From Actinomycetota bacterium (lineage in GTDB: Bacteria > Actinomycetota > Actinomycetes > Actinomycetales > Microbacteriaceae): a stretch of 64,000 bases of DNA. Positions 18,187 to 27,066 of the stretch are shown piece by piece (within the stretch, counting starts at the first letter, position 1; each line of letters opens with the position of its first letter). The position numbers were made by a program, and so were the translations under genes. Location: the NCBI GenBank assembly GCA_041180285.1, contig JBEGRV010000002.1, positions 2,813-66,812 on the forward strand, read 5' to 3'. The notes beneath the pieces were generated by a model. That model searched no databases and was not told the DNA's origin. It was given only the letters and a program-made list of their open reading frames with translations.

Positions 18187-19920
18187 TTGAGGGCTACCGC
18201 GCTGTTAATAACAACTCTAGAAAGACAGAAAATTAGATTCCCAGACCTAAACCATCCAGAGTCATCATCTACTGAGTGGTGGCGTTCAGCAGTGATCTAC
18301 CAGATCTATCCACGCAGTTTTGCCGATGCGAACGGTGATGGCATGGGTGATCTTCCGGGTATAACCAGCCGACTTGAATCGCTTGCTGCGCTAGGTATTG
18401 ATGCAATCTGGTTGTCGCCTTTCATGCGTTCTCCCCAAAAAGATGCCGGCTACGATGTCAGCGACTATCGCGACGTTGATCCCCTTTTCGGCTCTCTCCA
18501 AGATTTCGACAACATGGTTGCTCGAGCTCACGAGCTGGGGTTGAAAGTCCTGGTAGACCTTGTGCCTAACCACACCTCAGATCAGCACGCTTGGTTTAAA
18601 GCGGCATTGAAAGCAGAACCAGGTTCGGCTGAACGCGAGTTTTACCACTTCAAAGATGGCCTTGGGGCACACGGGGAGCTACCGCCAAACAACTGGCTCT
18701 CCATGTTTGGTGGGCCGGCATGGACCCGAATTATCGAGAAAAATGGAAAGCCAGGCCAGTGGTATTGCCATCTTTTTGACTCAAGCCAGCCCGATCTAAA
18801 TTGGAGCAACAGCGATGTGCAAAGGGAATTCGAGGGGATTCTCCAGTTCTGGCTCGAGCGAGGAGTTGATGGTTTTCGAGTAGATCAGCCACATGCGATG
18901 GCTAAAGCCGCTGGTCTGCCAGATCATCCGGATGTTGAAAGAGCCGGCGCCGGGTTCATCGAGGGCGAAGCAAGCCCACCTATGTGGTTCCAAGATGAAG
19001 TTCATCCCATATTTCGGCGTTGGCGAGAAATCCTGGATAGCTATCCCGGGGAACGCGCAATGTGTGGAGAAGCTTATGTTTATCCGCTCTCATTTATGGC
19101 TCAGTGGGTTAGGCCTGACGAGTTTCACCAGACTTTTAACTTTCGCTACTTAGACAGCGAGTGGAACCCTTCAAGCATCAGAGAAACCGTCAACGAATCT
19201 TTTGCAGCATTCGATTCTGTTGGAGCACCGAGCACCTGGGTACTTTCAAACCATGACATCATCAGACACCATTCCCGAATGGGTGGACTGACCGGTCGCC
19301 CGACCGCCTCAGATGGCATCGGCCCCGACGATGCCCAGCCTGACAGAGATTTAGGTTTGCGCCGCGGGCGCGGGGCAACCTTGTTCACAATGGGTCTCCC
19401 TGGCTCGATGTATTTGTACCAAGGCGAAGAGCTTGGCCTACCTGAGCACACAACTCTTGATGCCAAATACAGACAAGACCCTACCTTTTTTAGGACAGCT
19501 GGGAAAAGACTTGGCAGAGACGGTTGCCGAGTTCCACTACCTTGGGAGGCTGGAAAAGGGGCTGCAAACGGCTTCAACCAAAGTGGAAACTCCTGGTTGC
19601 CGCAGCCCGATCACTATCGCAACTATTCACGCAATCTGCAGGTCAACGATCCAGCATCTACTCTTTCTATGTATCGCCACGCGATTGAGCTGCGAAAGAA
19701 GTTACGACTCGGCTTTGGTTCGTTCGAGTGGCAAAGCGAGCCTGGAGACAAAGTCTTGGCCTACCGAAATTTAAATATTCTCATCATGCACAATTTTGGA
19801 ACAGACAATGTTCAACTGCCAGCAGGCTGCAAAATTGTGGCCGCCAGCCAGGTTAGTTACTATTCTGCGGAGCCACCGCAACTGGAACCAAACGACACAG
19901 TTTGGATCAAAGTCGACTAG
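18187..19920 (+). CDS. GH13 alpha-glucosidase, paralog 2
   Basis: Same GH13 motifs with GFRVDQPH. No ATG before WWRS; the likely start is TTG 18187, 1 nt after the upstream stop. Confidence 0.9.
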   Translation: MRATALLITTLERQKIRFPDLNHPESSSTEWWRSAVIYQIYPRSFADANGDGMGDLPGITSRLESLAALGIDAIWLSPFMRSPQKDAGYDVSDYRDVDPLFGSLQDFDNMVARAHELGLKVLVDLVPNHTSDQHAWFKAALKAEPGSAEREFYHFKDGLGAHGELPPNNWLSMFGGPAWTRIIEKNGKPGQWYCHLFDSSQPDLNWSNSDVQREFEGILQFWLERGVDGFRVDQPHAMAKAAGLPDHPDVERAGAGFIEGEASPPMWFQDEVHPIFRRWREILDSYPGERAMCGEAYVYPLSFMAQWVRPDEFHQTFNFRYLDSEWNPSSIRETVNESFAAFDSVGAPSTWVLSNHDIIRHHSRMGGLTGRPTASDGIGPDDAQPDRDLGLRRGRGATLFTMGLPGSMYLYQGEELGLPEHTTLDAKYRQDPTFFRTAGKRLGRDGCRVPLPWEAGKGAANGFNQSGNSWLPQPDHYRNYSRNLQVNDPASTLSMYRHAIELRKKLRLGFGSFEWQSEPGDKVLAYRNLNILIMHNFGTDNVQLPAGCKIVAASQVSYYSAEPPQLEPNDTVWIKVD

Positions 19921-22007
19921 GCTTTGATGTTTTTGACCGGCCACCAGAATTTCTTGCCGGTCATGAATGCCAAGGCCGGTACGATAACGGTTCGAACCAA
20001 TAGCGTGTCGAGCAGAACACCGATGCAGACAATCACGCCGATTTGAGCGAGGGCCACCAGCGGCAAAACACCAAGAACCGCAAACACGGCCGCGAGCAAA
20101 ATACCCGCTGAGGTAATCACTCCACCGGTAGCACCCAAGGCACGAACCATTCCATCGCGAGTACCCAGTTTTTCTGCTTCTTCTTTGGCTCGTGTGACAA
20201 GGAAGATGTTGTAATCAACGCCGAGTGCTACTAAGAACAGGAAGCTGTACAGGAACACACTCAGGTCTAGACCCGGGAACCCAAAGACATTCACGAACAG
20301 GAACCAGCCGGCTCCCATCGATGCAAAGAACGATGCAACCACGGTAATCAGCAGCAGCACCGGCGCAACGAAAGAGCGAAGCAAGACAATTAGCACTAAG
20401 AACACGAGTATCAAAATCAGCGGGATGACCAAGGCTTGGTCATGTGCGTAGGCTTCTTTTACCTCGAGAGCCTGAGCATCTAAACCACCGATGACCGCTT
20501 CGGCATTCGGCACTGTTGCGACGGCTTCACGCAGTTCTCGGATCATCGCGTAAACCTCTTCAGACTGACTCTCAGCATCGAACACTACGTCGATTCGAGA
20601 AATTTGCTCATTGCTTACGGCAACTGCAGCACTGTCAACTCCGCTAACAGTTTTGGCAGCCGCAACAACTTCTTCAGCAGCGTCTTTGTTTACCAAAACG
20701 TTGGTTGGTGAGGTAGAGCCGGCCGCAAACGCATCGGCCAAGACATTCTGACCAACCACGGCCTCAGGCGTTTTAAGGAAAGACTCGGTAGACGACAAAC
20801 CAATTTTGATGCCGGCCGCGCCAGAGGCGAGCACACCAAGAATCAAGATGCCTACCACTGAGATAGCAATTGGCTGCTTGCGAACACCGCGGCCCAATTT
20901 TGCCCAAAGCCCATTCTCACCCTTGTTGACAGCACCGAATTTCGGAACGAACGGCCAAAACAGCCCGCGGCCAAAGACCACCATGGCGGCAGGCAACACA
21001 ACTAGAGCGGCAACCATTGCAATTACTATTCCTGTGGCACAAACCAAACCGAGCGAACGGTTACCGGCAAGATCGGCAAAGCTGAGGGTCAGCAAGGCAA
21101 GGGTTACCGTGCTTCCCGAAGCGATAATTGCGGGGCCGGCCCCTCGCAACGCCTTGGCCATAGCCTCGTGGCGATCTTCATTGATGAAAAGCTCTTCTCG
21201 ATAGCGAGCAATCAGTAACAACGCATAGTTTGTTCCCGCACCAAAAACCAGAACCGAAAGAATTCCGGTGACTGATGCGTCAGGGGTAATTCCGAATAGA
21301 GAAGCAACTTGCCTAGCCAACTGGCCAGCCATTCCGTCGGCGGTACCGACGACCAGAAGTGGAACTAGCCATAGCCAAGGGCTGCGGTAGGTGATCAGCA
21401 GCAAGACTGCAACCACAACTACGGTTGACAACAACAGGGTGAAGTCAGCTCCCGCAAAAACTCCAGATAGGTCAGCAGAGAAGCCCTCGGGGCCGGTTAC
21501 ATAAACTTCGAGGCCTGCCGGCATACCTTCTTTTGCGAGTTGACGAATTTCGGCTACTCGCTCGGTAATTACCTCAGTTTCATCAGACTTTTCCATCGGG
21601 ATGGTGATTACAGCGGTTGACTCATCGTTGGAAAGAGTGGCTGGAGGTACAAACTTTTCACCCTCAACCTCGAGGTTTGTAAATTCGATAAATTTCTCGT
21701 TGGCACCGCCAACCACCATCTGCTTCATGGGATCAAATGCGCCCTGAACCCATACTTTTTGTTCATCTGACATTGCCGACTCAGCCGCGTAGACAATTAC
21801 TGCAGCGGTTGAATCAGCGCCGGGCAAATCTTCGGCCAGCTTGGCGGCGATTACAGATTCGGCATCATCGGGAAGCCCTACACCTGGGTTCAACTCAGTT
21901 GTTGCGGCACGCAGCGGGCCGAAGGCCAAAACGGCAAAAACTAGGCCAATTAGTAGTGTGGCCCATGCGGTTTTTTTGCCCGTGATGAAGTTGATGATCG
22001 AGTTCAC
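19917..22007 (-). CDS. MMPL/RND-family transporter
   Basis: Two-repeat architecture; FGAGTNYALLLIARYREE and LGVDYNIFL motifs. Confidence 0.92.
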   Translation of the reverse strand: MNSIINFITGKKTAWATLLIGLVFAVLAFGPLRAATTELNPGVGLPDDAESVIAAKLAEDLPGADSTAAVIVYAAESAMSDEQKVWVQGAFDPMKQMVVGGANEKFIEFTNLEVEGEKFVPPATLSNDESTAVITIPMEKSDETEVITERVAEIRQLAKEGMPAGLEVYVTGPEGFSADLSGVFAGADFTLLLSTVVVVAVLLLITYRSPWLWLVPLLVVGTADGMAGQLARQVASLFGITPDASVTGILSVLVFGAGTNYALLLIARYREELFINEDRHEAMAKALRGAGPAIIASGSTVTLALLTLSFADLAGNRSLGLVCATGIVIAMVAALVVLPAAMVVFGRGLFWPFVPKFGAVNKGENGLWAKLGRGVRKQPIAISVVGILILGVLASGAAGIKIGLSSTESFLKTPEAVVGQNVLADAFAAGSTSPTNVLVNKDAAEEVVAAAKTVSGVDSAAVAVSNEQISRIDVVFDAESQSEEVYAMIRELREAVATVPNAEAVIGGLDAQALEVKEAYAHDQALVIPLILILVFLVLIVLLRSFVAPVLLLITVVASFFASMGAGWFLFVNVFGFPGLDLSVFLYSFLFLVALGVDYNIFLVTRAKEEAEKLGTRDGMVRALGATGGVITSAGILLAAVFAVLGVLPLVALAQIGVIVCIGVLLDTLLVRTVIVPALAFMTGKKFWWPVKNIKA

Positions 22008-22083
22008 GTCGTTGTTCCCCAGTCTTGAAATCTGTGTACTTGAAGGCTAACTGGAAAGAACGCGAACTTATTTCTAGTTTTTG

Positions 22084-22989
22084 CTAAATCTTTGGATAGC
22101 TGACGTATGCGAATTTTGTCTCATGTGGAGACCAGCTGTTTACGTTTATGGTTCCCTGGCCACCGAAGAGCTTTACTAGGGTTTGAGGGTTACCCCAGTC
22201 TTCGCCAACCACTAAGCGCAATTCGACATCGATATTTTCTGGATGCCCTACGGTTTCGCTTGGATAGCTAAGGTAAACCCAATGTTCTCCGTCTGGCGAT
22301 TGGTGAGGAAACCAATTCACCCGGTTATCGAAGGTCAACTGTTCAAAGTCTGCGCCGCTTCGTCGAGCTCGAGCAATCTGGGCATGACCACGGCGAGTAG
22401 AAAAATGCTCGGTGTTGAAATACACCCACTCGCCATCAACCGAATACTCACAACCATCTTCTGGGCCGTCGCCATTTACCAGCGGCACTACCTCGCCACT
22501 TATGAAATCGAACAGCTGGATTCGACCGGAGCTGAAAACATCATCTGCGCCAGCGTCTAACTGAACAAAAGCAATCTCCGCTTCATTGGGGTGCACACCG
22601 TGCAGAAAGTGCAGGTGGCTCTTTGGCCCGACTGAAACAGGTTGAGTCAGCCCTCCTGAAACTGGGACTCGGTGAATGCGCCAATCGTTGTTTGTGGAAA
22701 TGTAAATCTCGGAGTGATCGGGAGACAAGACATGATCGTTGTTTAGAGGGTTCGCGCCATCCAGGTCAATCTGCCGCAATCTAGGGTTATCGGCAACATC
22801 CAATTTCCACAAAAGCCCGTTACCGTTTAGCAACAGATAGTTGTTTTTGTGCCAGTTTGGCGCCTCAAGAAGCAACTCGGTCGTAGAGAAAAGTAACCGG
22901 TCTTCACCTGTCGTAATGTCAAAAATGTGAATTTCGCACTTCTGATTCGATCCGAGTTTTCTTGTGAAGTCCCCGGTCAAGTCAGCCAT
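22084..22989 (-). CDS. TolB/PD40-like beta-propeller protein without signal peptide
   Basis: EAPNW, NNDHVLSPD, DGCEYS.DGEW, NWFPHQSPDG, QGTINVNSWSP repeats; start overlaps the upstream SDR stop. Confidence 0.8.
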   Translation of the reverse strand: MADLTGDFTRKLGSNQKCEIHIFDITTGEDRLLFSTTELLLEAPNWHKNNYLLLNGNGLLWKLDVADNPRLRQIDLDGANPLNNDHVLSPDHSEIYISTNNDWRIHRVPVSGGLTQPVSVGPKSHLHFLHGVHPNEAEIAFVQLDAGADDVFSSGRIQLFDFISGEVVPLVNGDGPEDGCEYSVDGEWVYFNTEHFSTRRGHAQIARARRSGADFEQLTFDNRVNWFPHQSPDGEHWVYLSYPSETVGHPENIDVELRLVVGEDWGNPQTLVKLFGGQGTINVNSWSPHETKFAYVSYPKI

Positions 22990-23747
22990 TAGATGTTTCG
23001 CCCACCGGAAATCTCCAGAACAATTCCGGTCAGATAGCGAGACTTATCACTGGCCAAAAAGACAACAGAATCTGCAACTTCTTCGGGTCGCCCAAAACGC
23101 CCCAATGGAATCTCAGCAAGGCGCGAGGCTTTCACATCTTCAGGCATACCGTAAAGCATGGGTGACTCGATAAGCCCTGGCTGAATCGCGTTAACTCGAA
23201 CACCCGCAAACCCGACTTCTTTGGCAGCAGCCTTGGTAAGGCCTACCATCCCAGCCTTCGCGGCACTGTAATTGGTCTGCCCAGGGTTGCCTACTTTTCC
23301 GGAAATCGAAGAAACATTGATGATTGAGCCGCCACCGTGATCTCGCATGTAATTTGCTGCGGCTCTAGTGCCCAACCAGGCACCCTTCAAATGAACATCA
23401 ATAACCAATTCGAAGTCTTCAACCGGCATCTTTCGCATGGTCGCGTCTTTGGTGAGTCCAGCGTTATTTACCCAGACATCTAGTGCGGCAAATTTTTCGT
23501 TAGCAAGCGAAACAATTTTGTCGGTGTCATCTGCGCTAGTTGCATTAGCAACTACTGACAAGGTTCGGTCCGGCTGACCGAGTGCTTTTTCCAAATCTGC
23601 CAATCTTTCGGCACTCAGATCGGTGAGCACAAGCTTTGCGCCTTCTGCTAAAAACGCCTCTGCCATGGCTTTGCCGAGCACACCTCCGGCACCTGTGATT
23701 ACTGCAACTTTGTTGCTCAAAAGACCATTCGAAAAAGACTCAGCCAA
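22989..23747 (-). CDS. SDR, 3-oxoacyl-CoA/ACP reductase (mycobacterial FabG2-like)
   Basis: TGAGGVLG, NNAG, DATMRKM, GQTNYSAAK; GGAGG RBS before TTG 23747. Confidence 0.88.
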   Translation of the reverse strand: MAESFSNGLLSNKVAVITGAGGVLGKAMAEAFLAEGAKLVLTDLSAERLADLEKALGQPDRTLSVVANATSADDTDKIVSLANEKFAALDVWVNNAGLTKDATMRKMPVEDFELVIDVHLKGAWLGTRAAANYMRDHGGGSIINVSSISGKVGNPGQTNYSAAKAGMVGLTKAAAKEVGFAGVRVNAIQPGLIESPMLYGMPEDVKASRLAEIPLGRFGRPEEVADSVVFLASDKSRYLTGIVLEISGGRNI

Positions 23748-24474
23748 AGTAGCTACCTCCGTTTGCATGCAGCGTCTGCCCGGTAAACGCTGAACTCTCA
23801 TCGCTTATCAAGAAATTGATTGCCGAGACTACTTCGCTCGAATCCAAGAAACGACCGACTAACATTTGGGTCAAAATGCGCTCACGGTTTTCTGGGGTCA
23901 GAGAATCAGTCATCGGAGTTGCAGTCGCTCCAGGAGCCACCGTATTCACACGAATTTTGTATTCGGCAAGCTCGCGTGCGTAAGAACGCACCATTCCCAG
24001 CAGAGCCGCCTTTGAAGTCGAGTAAGCACCTCTGCCCATCAACCCACCGCCGTTGAACGCCGCCACGCTACCCAAAACGACAATCGAACCCTGTACTTGG
24101 TTCTTGACCATGGTTCTTGCGACAGAAGCTACAACATTGTGCACTCCAACCACATTTACCCCGATGACTTTCGAAAACTCGTCTCCAGAGATGTCGATAA
24201 GTTTGGCCTGGGAAACAATTCCAGCAGACACCACTAGCCCAGTTATTGGCTGCACGGCCGCAAGTTTCTGAATCTCTAGATCGACCAAATCGTGCTTGGT
24301 AACGTCAAGCACCAAACCTTGATGCCCACTCCCAGGCAATGCCTCAGCTTCCACGAGAGTATTTGGGTTGAGGTCTATGATGGAAATCCGGGCGCCCTGT
24401 GCGGCCAAAGTTTTTGCGGTTGACAGCCCGATTCCGGATGCGCCACCTGAAATTACTACGTGTCGATTGTTCAA
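23740..24474 (-). CDS. SDR-family NAD-dependent oxidoreductase
   Basis: SGGASGIG, acidic D after beta-2, YSTSK catalytic motif, NTVAPG; GGGAG RBS before TTG 24474. Confidence 0.88.
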   Translation of the reverse strand: MNNRHVVISGGASGIGLSTAKTLAAQGARISIIDLNPNTLVEAEALPGSGHQGLVLDVTKHDLVDLEIQKLAAVQPITGLVVSAGIVSQAKLIDISGDEFSKVIGVNVVGVHNVVASVARTMVKNQVQGSIVVLGSVAAFNGGGLMGRGAYSTSKAALLGMVRSYARELAEYKIRVNTVAPGATATPMTDSLTPENRERILTQMLVGRFLDSSEVVSAINFLISDESSAFTGQTLHANGGSYFG

Positions 24475-24484
24475 TTTATCTCCC

Positions 24485-25474
24485 TTAGATAATCGCAAGT
24501 GCGTTGGCCGGACTTCCCACTCCGCCTCGAATGTTGAGCGGTTCTGCAGTAATAAAACAGTCAAATCGTCCGCTTTCGCGAAGTCGCGATGCTAGCTCGT
24601 CTAAAACCCACAGCTCACCGATGGTTATTCCAAGCAGAGGAATCAAGATTCGATGCAGCATGCCTGTGTGGCTTGAAAGCTCAAAATTGCCTGACTTTTC
24701 AGCATTGGTCGGAAGAGCATTGCGGTTGGCAGGCCATGCCTCGAGTGCAACGTTATCGGCTGCAGCCACTGCAATTTGATGGTCCCATAGCCATTCAGCG
24801 ATTGATTCGTCTTGTGCTAAACCAGGAGATTGCAATACAGAGCCGCGCGCCGCTTTACCGGAGAGAATTGCGCCTAGCCAACCAGTTCGAATCATCAGAA
24901 TGTCGCCAGGCAAAACTGAGGACTTTTGAAAATTACAGGTGGCTTCCAAATCGTCAACCGAAATCTGCTCTGCAGTTTCTTGATTGATTGGTTGGCCAAT
25001 TGATTCGCGGTATGCGGCCACGTCGAGAAGAAGTCCGCGTCCGGCAATGCCTTTGTGTGCAACGTTTTGAATACCCAACGCCTCGGTACCAGCGGTCAGA
25101 AGCTCGCCCGAGAAGCCGTTGTAGAACCCCTTGTCTGGGTGAGCAAAGTGACGAAGGCTGTCAATCTGTGTCGAAGCCTGCAGAAATAGGTTGTCTATTC
25201 GATCGTCGCGGTGATAGACGTTTGTGCCAAAAACTTCATGTTTTGGCACTCCGCGGTGCGCAATTAGGGGTGGGTCAAAAGCGTCAAGTGAAAGATTCAA
25301 GTTCACTGTTAGACCCGTTTTGATGCTGCCTCTAGCAGCTAACAAACGCTCTGGGGTGAGCTGGTTGAGAGTGCCCAATTGGTCATTCTCGCCAAAAACA
25401 CCCCAGGCGTTTGGGTAAAGCTCGCCCGAATCAACTGGAAGTTCCCGATATTTAGGAATCGATTTTTCAGGCAT
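24485..25474 (-). CDS. Cyclase-family (kynurenine formamidase fold) metal hydrolase
   Basis: WGVFGENDQLGTLN, QASTQIDSLRH metal motif variant, GDILMIRTGW, ADN, IGELW, GGVGSPAN. Confidence 0.88.
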   Translation of the reverse strand: MPEKSIPKYRELPVDSGELYPNAWGVFGENDQLGTLNQLTPERLLAARGSIKTGLTVNLNLSLDAFDPPLIAHRGVPKHEVFGTNVYHRDDRIDNLFLQASTQIDSLRHFAHPDKGFYNGFSGELLTAGTEALGIQNVAHKGIAGRGLLLDVAAYRESIGQPINQETAEQISVDDLEATCNFQKSSVLPGDILMIRTGWLGAILSGKAARGSVLQSPGLAQDESIAEWLWDHQIAVAAADNVALEAWPANRNALPTNAEKSGNFELSSHTGMLHRILIPLLGITIGELWVLDELASRLRESGRFDCFITAEPLNIRGGVGSPANALAII

Positions 25475-25490
25475 TGTTGATTTTTAGGCT

Positions 25491-25937
25491 CTAGGCCTGG
25501 TCCATGACCTGGTGAATCTCAATCATGTTGCCAGCAGGGTCGGTCAAGAAGATTTGGTACCAACCCTTAACCGACCAGATACCCCAGTCGTCAAAAGGAA
25601 TTCCGTTTTCGGTAAGAGTTGCCTTGACCTCTTCAATGTTGTCGGTACGGAAGGCGAAGTGTCCGCCAATAAGTGGGTTGACAGAGTGACCTTCTAGCAA
25701 GGCCAAGTAAGGCTGGCGCTGAGTGACGTGAATCTGAAGCTCGTTTGGGTCGCCAGCCTCGAAGAATTTGGCTGCGTCATCCCATTCAGCGTCACCATCG
25801 GTTGAGCCGCTAGATGCGGTGGCAATCATTTCCGGGCTTGGAATTTTCGAGAGCCCTAGAGCTTTTTCGTAGAAAGCTACGAGTGAAGCCATGTGATCTG
25901 AGGTCACGTTTACGTGGTGAAGTCTTAGTGAAGCCAT
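25491..25937 (-). CDS. VOC (glyoxalase/bleomycin-resistance/dioxygenase) family metalloprotein
   Basis: LHHVN, QIHV, GHFAF, FLTDPAGNMIEI; GAAAGGA RBS. Confidence 0.88.
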   Translation of the reverse strand: MASLRLHHVNVTSDHMASLVAFYEKALGLSKIPSPEMIATASSGSTDGDAEWDDAAKFFEAGDPNELQIHVTQRQPYLALLEGHSVNPLIGGHFAFRTDNIEEVKATLTENGIPFDDWGIWSVKGWYQIFLTDPAGNMIEIHQVMDQA

Positions 25938-25985
25938 TAGTGATTCCTTTCGAGTACTGCGAGTTTGCCATAACCATCTGCTATT

Positions 25986-26031
25986 AGTCCAATACCTAAT
26001 AGCTAATTTTTTATGTAGTTTTTAGTGATCA
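25986..26031 (-). promoter_or_regulatory. LysR-dependent promoter copy 1 (VOC operon)
   Basis: ATTAGGTATTGGACT on the minus strand at 26000-25986, AT-rich upstream box, candidate -10 CAAACT 18 nt downstream. Confidence 0.7.
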
Positions 26032-26954
26032 ATAGGGAGCTTGTCACTGGTCGAAATCGACGTTGGCGGTTTAGGAAAGATATCTTCGGCGACCTCAACC
26101 ACGGCTAACACAGCTGTGGACTTGCTTTCAGCGCTCCAGGCAATCGCCGATTGCAACCGCGGCAAATCTCCGCGAATTGGAAGGTAAGTTACGCCAGGTT
26201 GGTTGATGTTCGACGTCGAAGAGAACGCTATAGATACGCCTTGCCCTGCCGCGACCATCGCGTGAATTGTGTAAGAGTCTGGTGCCTCCTGAACCACTCG
26301 CGGGTTGAAGCCCGCATCCCAACAGACCTTATTGGTGATAGCTCTCAGAGTCGATCCGGCATCTCGAGGAAAAGTAACAAACGGCTGGTCGGCCAAATCC
26401 GCAATTGCCACGTAGGGTCGTGCGGCTAGCTCATTGGCAGTTGAAACGACGCACACCAGCGTTTCTTCTTCAATCGCCCGATAAGCCAACCCCGGAAGAT
26501 TAAAGGGCAGGCGTACGAAGCCAAGATCAATTTCCCCTCTCGCGACGGCTTCCTGAGCGGCATTTGCGTAGAGATTTCCCTGTAGTTGCAGTTCGATGTT
26601 TGGATACCTGGTCTTAACCTCCCGAGCTAGGAGTGGCAAAAGATGGCGAGTTGCAGCTCCAGCAAAACCAATTCGAACTCGTCCAAACATTCCTGAACCA
26701 CTCGCCTTGGCTGCCAGCTCGGCTTCTTCCATGGCAGAAATGACAGTCCGTGCATGCTTCAGCAACGCTTCGCCTGCAGACGTCAATTCGACAGATCGGG
26801 TTGTACGCAGAAAAAGCTTTACCCCGAGTTGCTCTTCAATTAATCGAATCTGTTGACTCAGCGGAGGTTGCGCCATGTGTAGGCGACTAGCTGCGCGCCC
26901 AAAATGCAGTTCCTCCGCTACCGCGACAAATAGTTTTAGCTGCCTAATCTCCAT
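26022..26954 (-). CDS. LysR-family regulator (CatR/BenM-like)
   Basis: VAEELHFGRAASRLHMAQPPLSQQIR..LFLRTTRSVELT; divergent from the CoA-transferase/cycloisomerase operon. Confidence 0.94.
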   Translation of the reverse strand: MEIRQLKLFVAVAEELHFGRAASRLHMAQPPLSQQIRLIEEQLGVKLFLRTTRSVELTSAGEALLKHARTVISAMEEAELAAKASGSGMFGRVRIGFAGAATRHLLPLLAREVKTRYPNIELQLQGNLYANAAQEAVARGEIDLGFVRLPFNLPGLAYRAIEEETLVCVVSTANELAARPYVAIADLADQPFVTFPRDAGSTLRAITNKVCWDAGFNPRVVQEAPDSYTIHAMVAAGQGVSIAFSSTSNINQPGVTYLPIRGDLPRLQSAIAWSAESKSTAVLAVVEVAEDIFPKPPTSISTSDKLPIDH

Positions 26955-26963
26955 ATCCCAAAC

Positions 26964-27032
26964 CTATTAGAAAAACCTAAATAATAAAAAGCAAATTAGG
27001 TATTGGACTTGGCTGAATTTTTTGCCGATACT
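26964..27032 (+). promoter_or_regulatory. LysR-dependent promoter copy 2 (CoA-transferase operon)
   Basis: ATTAGGTATTGGACT at 26995-27009, upstream T-N11-A box, candidate -10 GATACT 17 nt downstream. Confidence 0.7.
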
Positions 27033-27066
27033 GGCATAGTTCGCATCCGAAAACCAGGAGGTTAGC

